Shown piece after piece: positions 53,939 through 64,000 of a DNA stretch of 64,000 bases. Location of the stretch: positions 1-64,000 of the forward strand of contig OW569346.1 of assembly GCA_937625935.1 (NCBI GenBank), given 5' to 3'. The position numbers were made by a program, and so were the translations under genes. Under the pieces are notes generated by a model. The model saw nothing but the letters and a program-made list of their open reading frames with translations, had not been told where the DNA came from and made no database searches. Within the stretch, counting starts at the first letter, position 1; each line of letters starts with the position of its first letter. The stretch is from Tetramitus jugosus (taxonomy: Eukaryota > Protista > Heterolobosea).

Positions 53939-55921
53939 TTAATCATCGTGTGAATCTTGCGAGTCTTGGTCATCATAATCAGAATCACTGCTGCTCTCTT
54001 CTTTGTAAATATAGACGTATTCATCGTTTTCAGCCATGTTTGTCTTCAGTTGATACCGCAGAGCTGATGTCATATCAGATTCATAGCCATCAGGGAAAGT
54101 GTCCAAGTAGGCAGATTTCTGACGGAGACAAGGACAACATCTCTCCATGCATCCATTCATCGATTCACAAACATTAGCAACATGGTAGCTGACATCACAA
54201 CAGCGACTGCAATCATAGCAGGCACTCGAGGCAGATTTTTGAGGATTGCATTCCTTGCAGCAATAGCAGCAACAGAGAGTGCAGCAAACAGCGCAGCATA
54301 CGTTGAGAGCAATCAGTACAATAAATCCACCTGCAATTCTCTGTTTTGTAATGATTTCAAACAGTGGACAGAGTGGTAAAATGTTTCTGCAATTCTTGGG
54401 ATCCATAGCAATGATACGGAACGTTGTGTCATCAGTTGCTTCCGCTGCCGAGAAGATGTACCGCGTTTTCGATCCTTGGATAGGGCTCTTCCAGGAGTGG
54501 TACCGGAGTCCGCAATGAGACGGAGAGATACCACTCTGTCCATACAACATGATATGATTGATGGAAACGCTATCCGAGGAGAGAAGAATAACATTCTTGC
54601 TCGTGTCAGAAAGAGAGAGGAGATCAGTTGGATAACTGCCCGATTTCTTGGACATGGAGTCTGTCCAATACGTTCCATTGATCATTATACTTTGTTCATA
54701 TGTTCCATTGACAGAAGTGTGATTGACCATTGAGGCACAGAGAGTAAAGAGACCATCTTTCCTTGATACCAATATAGCTGTTCCGTTAGCACAAAATTGA
54801 GAACGCTTTCCATTCACTTGTGCAACACTTAAAATTGGTGCATTAGGTGTTAAGAACTCAAAGAAGGAACTATGATCAAACTCAATCTCTCCATTGTCAA
54901 TATTATAGGCAACAGTGTAATACACATTTGTTGTCTTATTCACAGCGGATGCCACGAGTAATCTCTCACTCTCCAGTAGTGTAAACACTCGTTGAAACGA
55001 AAAATCAGACGTGTGCTTCCATAGGACATGACCACTTTGTGCATCTAAGCAAACAATCATGTTCGAATGTTCTGCACCAGTCTCATTGACGTATGTGACT
55101 CCCAAGTAAACTCTTTGTTCTGAAACAACCATACCACCAATCGTATCACCAAAATACGTGGCATCCCAGATGTGATGCCCTGTTTCCAAGTGCAACGCAC
55201 TCAAATGGAGTGCATATGGACCTGCAAAATAAACAAACACTTGTCTCGTTTGTTCATCAACAATCAACTCAAATTGATTCGAGATCCGAAGTGCTTCATT
55301 GGCCCAAATCAATCGCAATGGCTCTTGTTTCTTCTTCTTCTTTGCATCTTGTTCATTGCCATCATTCAATACATAGGCAGAGAGAAGCAATGAGCTTGCT
55401 CCTTCAGAATCAGCAGGCTTCAATGTCAGAAACATGGTCGTCGTCCGTTCTTCCGCTCCTGTTGTTGCTACTCCTGTTGAATCAACTGACAATTGTTGTT
55501 GCTCTTGATGTGAAGACAGTGCAATCACATAGCCAAACGTGTCCAAGCTCCATTGAGTCACAACAACACCAGTCTCCTGGTTGAGTATCACATTTTTGTA
55601 AACAATAAAAAAATTCCCCGATGTGTCATTTGTCTGCAAAACCGAGAATTGAGGAATTTCCTTCATTTGCACCAAAAGCTTTTTTTTGGTTTTGGGACTG
55701 GAGAGGGCAACAGAGGTCCACATGGTGCACACACCAGACACGTCATCCACATTGTATGGTGACTCATTGGAATGGATCGAATTGAAGCTTGGTTGAAGCC
55801 ATTGTGCTTCAGTCATCATTGTAGTGAATGACAATAGAATCATCATGATGACTAACAACGACATGAATACCACCTGTCGACATTTAAAGGTGTAAAAGCT
55901 ATGGTGCATTCGCATGGTCAT
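53939..55921 (-). CDS. Type I membrane protein with a PQQ/BamB-like beta-propeller and Cys-rich juxtamembrane tail
   Basis: Signal-like hydrophobic N-terminus; ALHLETGHHIW and CLDAQSGHVLW repeats; TM followed by CCAVCCTLCCCYCC. Confidence 0.75.
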   Translation of the reverse strand: MTMRMHHSFYTFKCRQVVFMSLLVIMMILLSFTTMMTEAQWLQPSFNSIHSNESPYNVDDVSGVCTMWTSVALSSPKTKKKLLVQMKEIPQFSVLQTNDTSGNFFIVYKNVILNQETGVVVTQWSLDTFGYVIALSSHQEQQQLSVDSTGVATTGAEERTTTMFLTLKPADSEGASSLLLSAYVLNDGNEQDAKKKKKQEPLRLIWANEALRISNQFELIVDEQTRQVFVYFAGPYALHLSALHLETGHHIWDATYFGDTIGGMVVSEQRVYLGVTYVNETGAEHSNMIVCLDAQSGHVLWKHTSDFSFQRVFTLLESERLLVASAVNKTTNVYYTVAYNIDNGEIEFDHSSFFEFLTPNAPILSVAQVNGKRSQFCANGTAILVSRKDGLFTLCASMVNHTSVNGTYEQSIMINGTYWTDSMSKKSGSYPTDLLSLSDTSKNVILLSSDSVSINHIMLYGQSGISPSHCGLRYHSWKSPIQGSKTRYIFSAAEATDDTTFRIIAMDPKNCRNILPLCPLFEIITKQRIAGGFIVLIALNVCCAVCCTLCCCYCCKECNPQKSASSACYDCSRCCDVSYHVANVCESMNGCMERCCPCLRQKSAYLDTFPDGYESDMTSALRYQLKTNMAENDEYVYIYKEESSSDSDYDDQDSQDSHDD

Positions 55922-56084
55922 ATATCGTTACTTCATCCAACAATGAACGATCATGCAAAGGGTTTTGTTGTCGCTGTTATTGGCGCGTTTTTCGGAGGAA
56001 TTGGAGGAAACCCCGCGGAATTCTTTTGTTTCGTGCAGACTTCAATTTCCATATTTGTTCAAGCCGAACAGAACTACGGAAAGA

Positions 56085-58172
56085 TTATTCCTCGTCTTCT
56101 TGATGATTTCTCCTTCTTTCCATGACTTGTCGATATTGATTGGTGGTGGAGAATCTGGTGAATGAATCACTGAGACGAGAGAGGACATGTGGGCCAATAG
56201 CAATACTCACCCGAAGAGAAATGTCGTCCTTTCGTTCATCTCGATAGTACATTAGCATGTGTCTCACTCGTCTTCGAACAGAATTTCTGCAATCGATCGC
56301 GTACGCAGAGCTATCTGTGAAGTAAATATTGATAATGGCATTGAGCTCGGCTCGCTCAATCTTATCTCTTCTCACAAACTTGAGCAGTATGGACCACATG
56401 TACAGATTCTTCACTGTAAATTCATACTTGCAATACTCTTCTACCAAGTGATACATTTCTTCGTCTGCTAACAACCTTTGCAGTTGAAAAAGATCAAATT
56501 GTCTCGTAGCGTCAAAATATTGAAATGAACTGGAGTTCTTATGACGCATAAGTTGAATGATGCAACATAGTCCACCTACATAAATCATTCTCTCCACTAT
56601 ATTTTGAATAGCACAGAGTATCACATATCCAATCGAGAATATCATGTGATTCTCGGTACTAAGGCTACCGTCATTGGTGAGAGAAAACAAGTTTAGAGAA
56701 GAGAATAGAAACACTGAGAGTATGACCAATAGGTTCTCCTTTCTGAAAATGAGGGGATCTTGAAATTCAAAGAAATGCCTCAAGCCCTTTGATTGGATAT
56801 TCTTTGCATGTAATATCATATCCACAATTGTTGACATCAGAGCAAAACTACCAACTATTGCCATGTAACAGTACCAGTGAATAGTAATAATTTTCTTTCG
56901 AGTAACGTCTCTGCCTGATGCCGTCATAACAATAGATGCTGACAAAATTGAAAAGCCAACAATCGTACATATAAATCCCCAAAGCCATATGCACTTGTAC
57001 TGTGGGAACCAATTATGAACTCCTGGAACATCATCTGGATTATCTGTTAGCAGTGGATCTGGTGACAAAACATAAAAGTATTGAATATAGTAGCATCTCA
57101 TTCTCATCAGCACATAGGCACAGATGACAGCTAAGAGAGATACTGATTGCACGAACTCTAGAATTACCACATGCATAGCACTTGCATAATCTAGAATAAA
57201 ATCAGAATATTGATACTTCCACAGTGTAATTACAGACAGAATCAGTTGTGACAAGTCAAAAATAATCAGACCTGTGAAACAAAAGTGAGCGGACGTGATC
57301 CTCGGTTTCGTTAATGTTTCATTTCGAAGTTTGTAGAGCGACAAAAGAAACAAGGAGCTAAAAGTGATACTAATGATTCTCAGTAATATCTGACATGTAG
57401 AATCGATCAATTCACTGGATCTCCTGTGACCAAAGTAGCTATCCTCGTTGTGACAAGATATGCAAGCATCATTCAACAAATTATCTTCTGTGGTTGATAT
57501 CCGGGTGTTGTTCACCTCTGGAATAAACATACTCTCCAATTCATAGTACTGATATTGGTCGTATGTAATTTGTAAGGTGATTAAACTTAATGGTCCTGTG
57601 ACAAACTTCAACCCTCTCTGATACTTTGCCTCAATGCCAATCATCTCCTCCTTTTCCATGTCACGCATCAATAAAACCGAGCACTTCATTTTATCTCCTT
57701 CAGCAATCATGCTGAAATTATGTTCTTCACTTCTTATTTCCCAGGACACTTTATCTGTGGTCATCACATCAACCAAAATGGTGAAACGATCCATCATTTC
57801 ATCTTCGTTTTGTCTCGAAAATTCATTTCCCTTCTTCAATGCAAAATCCAGCTCTAAACTCAATATTCCTCTCTTTTCCAATTGTTTCTGATCCATGGAC
57901 AGCATGACAATGTTTGAGTTATGTTCCAGTTCGAGTCCTGATTGTCCACTTGGCTGCACCTTATTCCCGAACGCGATCAAACTACTTTTGTCATTATGAA
58001 TGGGACGAAAACACTTCAAGTTTCCAATTTCCAGAGGTCTATTCGCACTGTTGGTACTGTTGTCACTTTGACCAAAGATTCGACCAATGGACATTACATG
58101 ACCATGAGAATCACCTGTCAGTAATGTTAGAAGAAGACAGAGAAATAACATTCTCGCTACTTGTGCTGTCAT
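56085..58172 (-). CDS. Protein with signal peptide, ectodomain, multi-pass (about 7) TM region and RGS-like domain
   Basis: About seven hydrophobic segments followed by LVEEYCKYEFTVKNLYMW...IINIYF...AID...LSDSFTRF. Confidence 0.75.
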   Translation of the reverse strand: MTAQVARMLFLCLLLTLLTGDSHGHVMSIGRIFGQSDNSTNSANRPLEIGNLKCFRPIHNDKSSLIAFGNKVQPSGQSGLELEHNSNIVMLSMDQKQLEKRGILSLELDFALKKGNEFSRQNEDEMMDRFTILVDVMTTDKVSWEIRSEEHNFSMIAEGDKMKCSVLLMRDMEKEEMIGIEAKYQRGLKFVTGPLSLITLQITYDQYQYYELESMFIPEVNNTRISTTEDNLLNDACISCHNEDSYFGHRRSSELIDSTCQILLRIISITFSSLFLLSLYKLRNETLTKPRITSAHFCFTGLIIFDLSQLILSVITLWKYQYSDFILDYASAMHVVILEFVQSVSLLAVICAYVLMRMRCYYIQYFYVLSPDPLLTDNPDDVPGVHNWFPQYKCIWLWGFICTIVGFSILSASIVMTASGRDVTRKKIITIHWYCYMAIVGSFALMSTIVDMILHAKNIQSKGLRHFFEFQDPLIFRKENLLVILSVFLFSSLNLFSLTNDGSLSTENHMIFSIGYVILCAIQNIVERMIYVGGLCCIIQLMRHKNSSSFQYFDATRQFDLFQLQRLLADEEMYHLVEEYCKYEFTVKNLYMWSILLKFVRRDKIERAELNAIINIYFTDSSAYAIDCRNSVRRRVRHMLMYYRDERKDDISLRVSIAIGPHVLSRLSDSFTRFSTTNQYRQVMERRRNHQEDEE

Positions 58173-58349
58173 CTTTGTTATTTGTTCAACGGAAACTTTT
58201 AGTATTGACTTCTTTTTCAGAACGCGCTATCCGAGCAAAAAACTCCCATGCTTTCTTTTTTCGGCAAATTGAGTGTCAGAACACACCGTACTTCTTCAGA
58301 GAGAAGTGGTGATGATATTATCAGATTATTTTGTCTCAGATGATACTCT

Positions 58350-59408
58350 TTATTGACTGGTTGAACCAGTTTTCAATTGTTTCTTTAGTTCTTCCAGGCG
58401 AGAAATCTTTTCACAGTTGAAGACACTGGCTGCTGAGACTGAACCTCCTAAATGTTCAAGCAAGTTGCTTCCATCGGCTCCTCTGTCCAACATTCCATCA
58501 ATTACTTTGGCCAACTCCTCCGTGTTGCCCTTCTTGACAAACTTGTACTTTTGAATCAACTGTTCACTCAAAAACACTTTGACAAAGCTCCATAGGATAT
58601 TGAGCGTCCAACCCGTGTTACAAATGATGGCTGCGCTCAACCGATCGGCATGACACTCACCCAACTGAACAAACATGTCCTTCATGCGCTTCACCAGACC
58701 CAAGCCAACAGAACAACCATCCATATCAATAATCCATAGTGCTTGATACACAAACGGATGAGTCTGCTCCATTCTCTCAATGGCACGCTCCGTAATATAC
58801 ACAAAATACTTGAATTTCAACAGCATATTCTCCTCGCTGTCCCACCCTGATCCCTCACTATCCAAATTCTTCATATTGGCATAAATAACGGGTCTAAACT
58901 CTCGATCGTAACCATACACTTGCAATAAGCGACTAGGACCGACCTGTTTCAGCGTATCTCTAAACTCGTATAGATCTGGTCTTTCGCGTGACCTCCACTC
59001 GATCATGGCTCTCAACTTTTGTCGTGCCAACTCAAAATTCCACTCGTAGCCACTCAAGTAACGATAATAGGTCATCTCGTTGTGCAACAATCGTTCGATA
59101 TCAGAATTGGGCAGATAGTTGGATACTCTCTAACCATCATCATCGTTGTCATCCTCAGTGTCATCTTGATCGTTCAACTCGCCCTCGTCAGAATTCTCTT
59201 TTTCTGTGCTCTCACTGTTTTGGTAGACATCGAGACCCTTGGTAATGGAACGCTTCAATTTGCGTAGTGTCTTGAGTTGTTCTGGTGTGACCTGGGATAG
59301 TGGATCTGTGAGTTGCTTGTCGCTTGGAATGGTCGGTAGTTGACCGTACAGCTCAATAGTCAATCGTTGAATTTCATCTTGAACAGAAAGATTCTTGTTG
59401 TCCGTCAT
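58350..59408 (-). CDS. CRAL-TRIO (Sec14-like) lipid-binding protein interrupted by one in-frame TAG at 59130..59132
   Basis: YRYLSGYEWN..A, GYDREFRPVIY, WIIDMDG, LWSFVKVFL. ORFs 59130..59408 and 58350..59090 share a frame. Confidence 0.75.
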
Positions 59409-59621
59409 GTTAGCTCAGTAGTAGTGTTTGTTTGTGTGGAGTGAATTGGTTTTTTGGGTGATAAGCTCTTCTGGCCATTGAGTTCTGTGATAATGACACA
59501 CAGAAAAACGCACATCAACTCTGGGGCAACTTCCAAGGAGCGGAGTTCCAATGATTGATGACTGGTGACAAAAAAAATTTACAGGAAACAAACAGGGACA
59601 AGCTTGGCACACAAAAATATT

Positions 59622-60965
59622 TTACTGTTTTTGCTGCTTGCTGAGATGGAGTTCAATGGATTTGTGACAGATTCTGCAAGTGTTCTTCTTCCAGATGTTG
59701 TCCTCATAGGGACAATCTGTCATTTCATTGTTGATCGACGACGAAGACGTTGGGGACGACGACGATGGTGAATGGGACTTGGTCGTCGCGAATCGAGGTG
59801 AAGAACTCGATGGAGACAAAGTAGTAGGCGAAGATGAATGCACTAAACTTGCATTACGCGGACTCGCTTCCTTACTGTTACTCGCGCCAATTGTAGGGGA
59901 AACCGGCGGAGAATCTCCTCTCAGCCACCTCGGAGAAATTCCTCGCTGATGATGGTTGCTGTTTACAGCTACATTCCAACGGTCTCTAGGGGACAATGAC
60001 GCCCAAAAATGACTCTTTTCATGTGAGTGAGCCTGCTGTGCATAATGAGGATCATCCAAACTAATTTCCTGATTGACCGACGAAGTTCTTCTCGTCTTCT
60101 CTTTCAAGTGCAAATGTTTTTCTTGGAAACAATGCCTACAGAGTCCTCTCTTCCAAATGTGTGGTTCAAACTTGTGCGTTGTAATCATTCCCCTACTACC
60201 ACCACCACTACCACTACTACTACCATTGTTGTTATTATTGTGATGATGATGATGATGATGACTGCCTTGATTAAATTGATTGAGAGCTAACATGGAATTG
60301 GAGTAAACAACTGTATCACGCAATCCCAACTCTGGAGAAGTTGCACTCATGGCATTCGATGATGAATGAGATGATGAAGGTGATGGACTGACAGCTCCCA
60401 TCATCATCATTGCATAGGGTGAGTGCCTTGGAGGAGTCGAAACAGAACGAGACCTTCCTGTCATTACATTTGTGTTTTTTCTAGATGGTGATTTCATCAT
60501 TGATGTGTTTGTTGTTATATGATGATGATGGTCATTGAAGTTGTTGTTGTTGTCAGCGGCATTTTCAGGAGAGCAACAAGAAGATGATTCTTCAGAAGTG
60601 CCGACAACGACATCAATTGTTGGGTAGTTGTTTGCTTCTTCAAGCACATCAATGTTGTTGTTGTTGTTGATATTGTTTTCAGCTTTTGAGTTTTTTTCAT
60701 TCATGGAGCTATGTATGTAGATGGGAGTGGATGGTTCAATGTCGATATTGTCATTGTCATCTGTGGTGGTGGTGGTGGAGGTGAGTAGCAGCTGTTTTTT
60801 TTCATCTTCCAACAGGAGAACCGCAGCCGACAAGTGATATCCGTGTTCCAACAGTTGTGCAATCATGTGGTTGACATTGAAGAAATGTGGTGATTGCTGT
60901 TGAGTAAGTAATAATGACTCTTTGGAGGAAGAAAAAGGTTCGTCTGGAGAGGGTTCAGACAGCAT
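59622..60965 (-). CDS. Low-complexity Ser/Pro-rich protein with two Cys/His motifs
   Basis: HKFEPHIWKRGLCRHCFQEKHLH and CPYEDNIWKKNTCRICHKSIELH. Confidence 0.75.
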   Translation of the reverse strand: MLSEPSPDEPFSSSKESLLLTQQQSPHFFNVNHMIAQLLEHGYHLSAAVLLLEDEKKQLLLTSTTTTTDDNDNIDIEPSTPIYIHSSMNEKNSKAENNINNNNNIDVLEEANNYPTIDVVVGTSEESSSCCSPENAADNNNNFNDHHHHITTNTSMMKSPSRKNTNVMTGRSRSVSTPPRHSPYAMMMMGAVSPSPSSSHSSSNAMSATSPELGLRDTVVYSNSMLALNQFNQGSHHHHHHHNNNNNGSSSGSGGGSRGMITTHKFEPHIWKRGLCRHCFQEKHLHLKEKTRRTSSVNQEISLDDPHYAQQAHSHEKSHFWASLSPRDRWNVAVNSNHHQRGISPRWLRGDSPPVSPTIGASNSKEASPRNASLVHSSSPTTLSPSSSSPRFATTKSHSPSSSSPTSSSSINNEMTDCPYEDNIWKKNTCRICHKSIELHLSKQQKQ

Positions 60966-61580
60966 GGTGAATGGGTGGAGATGTGTGTTGTTTTGGTTTG
61001 GAGAGTGGTTTTAGAAAAGAAGCCAAATTGAATCTGATCACCCACGGGATGAGGTTGTGAAAAAAATCTGGGTGATGGGTGGCGAAAAGCAGAATATGGT
61101 CAACACAGGATGCCGTCCAATGAACGAAACGGATCGTGGGAAGGTTCCCTTTCGGCCGCAAGGAGTAAAGAGCGGAGTTGTTGGTTTATGATGCAAAGTT
61201 CACCATTTTAACTTTCAATTATGTCAAAGTTCTTCATCACTCATTGGTATTTAAGCACATCCAACATCGGTGGAAATACCCTTGCTTTGACCTGCAGCAC
61301 ACTTGATAGCTCCAGAGACCAAGTGACTGTTTGCAGTTGTAGTACCACAGCTACACAAATGGTCTCCAGAAATACACTTGTTGTACTGAGAAGTGACGTA
61401 ACATTGGGTTCCACAGAGAAGCTTGCCCAGTTCCGCAATTCATTCATTCAACCACCACTTTGAACTTTGCACTTCCACTCGCTCATGGAACAAAAACCAG
61501 TCCGTGTCTTGTTGTTCACATTTTTTCATTGCTCCATTCACTCTCAAACAACAACAATCAGAAGAATAAGAAGAAGACAA

Positions 61581-64000
61581 ATGTCATCCTCTCGCAACCA
61601 CCAATCATCATCAAAATCAAACAATTTTGAAAGATTTGAACACACCAACACCAACAACAATAATAGTTTATCATCAACAACTCCAGACAATAGTAATGGA
61701 GATGATACGACAATCAACACACTTTCAGGTGGTCTTCACATTATCAAGAACAACAACAACAACAACAAGAATAATAATGATCAACAACAACCATCATCAT
61801 CATCAACATCATCACTCTATCACATGTTATTGACTCGATCCAAAATCAATTTTGTTTCTTCATCATCATCATCATCAACAGTAGCAGTAGCTCCAAAGAA
61901 TCAAATGGATAAAAATGAATCATCATCACTATTATCATCATCAGCATCATCATCATCATCCAATGTATCTATATCCAACACAAATAACACTGACAATAGA
62001 AACAACAAGCGAATGAGAGAAATGTTACCTCCACCTCCTCCTCCATCATCATCACAGTCATCACAGTCATCATCTTCACAACTCATCAACAAGAAGAGAC
62101 GATTGACATCATCAGTAGGAGTAGATGATTCATCATCATCAACTCATCGTTCCACCAATGATCAAAGTAGAAATAGCAGTAGTAGTAGAGATTATAGGGG
62201 TAGTAGTCATAGTAGTAGTAGTAGTCATAGTGGTGGTGGTGGTGGTAGAATTCGAAATGAACGAGATGAAGATGAAAGTTGGAAGCGCACTCCTGTTCAT
62301 CGATCCTCTTATCATGATGATGATGATGATCATCATCAACGCAGTAGTAGTGGTAGTAGTAGACGTGCGCAGATGAGAGGTGATCGATATAGTACGAGAG
62401 ATGTTGCGAAAAGCAGTAGTCGAGATGGTAGAGATGATCGACCATCCTATGGTGACTATAATAGGAGATCATCTTCGCATCATTATCATCACCATCATCA
62501 CCATCCATATTCTAATGATTCTAGTGATCAAAGTGACAAGTATAGTATGCAAAGAAGTAGCAGTAGTAGTTTTAGAGGTGATGGAAATCGAAATCGAGTT
62601 GATGCGACTCCAATCTCCACGCCGAGTCATCGTTATAATCGATGGGAACAAAGTCCTCATCACAACAAAAGACATCGAAATGAAAATTCCCGCGATACTA
62701 ACAATAGTAGTGGTGGTAGTAGGAATCGAAATGTTGCTGGATGGGAAGACGATGAACAGACAGATGAAGAAGAAATGTTGGCGGATGATGAGTTGAACCT
62801 GAATTGGTATGGCGCTGAAGAGTCGGACGCCACAGATTTAACAAAGCAAATCTTTGTTGGCAATGAAGAGAAAATGAGGAAGAGGGAAGAGGATTATGCA
62901 AAGAGAACAGGAGCGTACAAGGTATCTGCTCGAAAGAGTCAAATGATCAAAGACAATGACGCATGGGAAGAGAATCGAATGAGACAGTCTGGTGTGGTTA
63001 GAAATCGAGAAATTGACATGGATTTCAACGAAGAAGATGAAAACAAGGTTCAAATTATAGTTCATGATGTGAAACCGCCATTCTTGGATGGTGACATTAG
63101 TTTCACATCACAAAGTGAACCGATTTATCCTGTTGCTGATCCTACGAGTGATATGGCTGTCATGTCACGTAAGGGTAGTTTGTTGTTGAGAGAGGTGAGA
63201 TCTCAACGAGAGAGAATGAAGGCTGTGAAGGCAAAGTTCAAATTATCAGGAACGAGTCTTGGTAAAATTTTGGGCATCAAGGAGGACAATGCTGCCGACG
63301 ATACGACCCAGAGCATTTCAGACAACACAGCACGTGCCAATATGAGCAATCAAGAATCAGACTCGTATGCAGTGATTCAACAAAAGCGAAAAACATTGCC
63401 CGTGTATCAGTGTCGTGACGAACTGTTGCAAATTATTCGCGAGAATAATGTGATTGTGATCGTTGGTGAAACGGGATCGGGCAAAACGACTCAACTGACA
63501 CAGTATCTCCATGAGAGTGGATTTACAAAGAATGGCAAGATTGGGTGCACACAGCCTAGACGTGTCGCTGCCATGAGTGTCGCAAAGAGAGTGAGTGAAG
63601 AAATTGGATGCAAGTTGGGATCGACAGTTGGCTATTCTATTCGTTTCGAGGATGTCACATCAGACGAAACACTCATCAAGTACATGACAGATGGTGTCTT
63701 ATTGAGAGAATCTCTGCATGATCCTGATTTGGATCAGTACAGTGCCATTATTATGGATGAAGCTCATGAGAGATCTTTGAACACTGACGTCTTGTTTGGC
63801 ATATTAAGAAAGGTGATTGCAAAGAGACGTGATTTGAAATTAATTGTCACATCAGCCACCATGGATTCCACAAAATTCTCCAACTTTTTCGGCAACGTTC
63901 CGGTCTATACAATTCCAGGCCGAACGTTTCCTGTTGATGTATTATACACGAGAGCGCCAGTGTCTGATTATATTGAAGCATCTGTTAAACAAGCGCTCTC
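61581..64000 (+). CDS. PRP16: Pre-mRNA splicing helicase PRP16/DHX38, 5' part (runs off the window; absent from the ORF track)
   Basis: ATG 61581 is in frame with [47 protein letters not shown] and [15 protein letters not shown]. Confidence 0.92.
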   Translation, partial: MSSSRNHQSSSKSNNFERFEHTNTNNNNSLSSTTPDNSNGDDTTINTLSGGLHIIKNNNNNNKNNNDQQQPSSSSTSSLYHMLLTRSKINFVSSSSSSSTVAVAPKNQMDKNESSSLLSSSASSSSSNVSISNTNNTDNRNNKRMREMLPPPPPPSSSQSSQSSSSQLINKKRRLTSSVGVDDSSSSTHRSTNDQSRNSSSSRDYRGSSHSSSSSHSGGGGGRIRNERDEDESWKRTPVHRSSYHDDDDDHHQRSSSGSSRRAQMRGDRYSTRDVAKSSSRDGRDDRPSYGDYNRRSSSHHYHHHHHHPYSNDSSDQSDKYSMQRSSSSSFRGDGNRNRVDATPISTPSHRYNRWEQSPHHNKRHRNENSRDTNNSSGGSRNRNVAGWEDDEQTDEEEMLADDELNLNWYGAEESDATDLTKQIFVGNEEKMRKREEDYAKRTGAYKVSARKSQMIKDNDAWEENRMRQSGVVRNREIDMDFNEEDENKVQIIVHDVKPPFLDGDISFTSQSEPIYPVADPTSDMAVMSRKGSLLLREVRSQRERMKAVKAKFKLSGTSLGKILGIKEDNAADDTTQSISDNTARANMSNQESDSYAVIQQKRKTLPVYQCRDELLQIIRENNVIVIVGETGSGKTTQLTQYLHESGFTKNGKIGCTQPRRVAAMSVAKRVSEEIGCKLGSTVGYSIRFEDVTSDETLIKYMTDGVLLRESLHDPDLDQYSAIIMDEAHERSLNTDVLFGILRKVIAKRRDLKLIVTSATMDSTKFSNFFGNVPVYTIPGRTFPVDVLYTRAPVSDYIEASVKQAL

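Noticed and set aside
5674-59132. TAG stop-codon reassignment suggested by two in-frame TAGs
   Set aside because: Many ORFs of 600-1200 codons contain no TAG, and some genes appear to end in TAG.
61627-63065. Numerous short His/Ile/Met-rich ORFs
   Set aside because: They are shadow frames of trinucleotide-rich low-complexity sequence within PRP16; the same applies to short antisense ORFs over other long genes.

Overview
Left end of a chromosome from a gene-dense, intron-poor unicellular eukaryote that uses the standard genetic code. The gene repertoire (7TM-RGS, CHASE-PAS-RGS, ankyrin-receptor cyclase, PLS-type PPR, many F-box proteins) suggests a Naegleria-like heterolobosean; this is inference. 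The window opens with about 670 bp of (CCCAAA)n telomere (TTTGGG on the G strand). It is joined directly to a head-to-tail pair of a Penelope-like retroelement: a 571-bp 5'-truncated copy, a short telomeric tract, then a 2.5-kb copy. The element's reverse transcriptase has no GIY-YIG endonuclease, and its highly structured 3' UTR ends in telomere-complementary sequence. This looks like a telomere-primed, endonuclease-deficient retroelement (Athena/Coprina-like) and is the strongest candidate for a new system. Inward lie more interstitial telomeric relics, decayed ORFs of unknown origin, and F-box genes with odd fusions (HMG box, histone-fold-like). These are followed by a divergent two-gene thiamine-salvage cluster (ThiE-ThiM / TenA-ThiD), two P2C-type ATPases and a CAMSAP-like gene. 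The distal half has RPC4 head-to-head with a lone 5S rRNA gene, an intron-containing tRNA-Glu, a DHX33-like helicase, RGS receptors and the start of PRP16. Two dispersed 69-aa ORFs share a doubled sequence motif.
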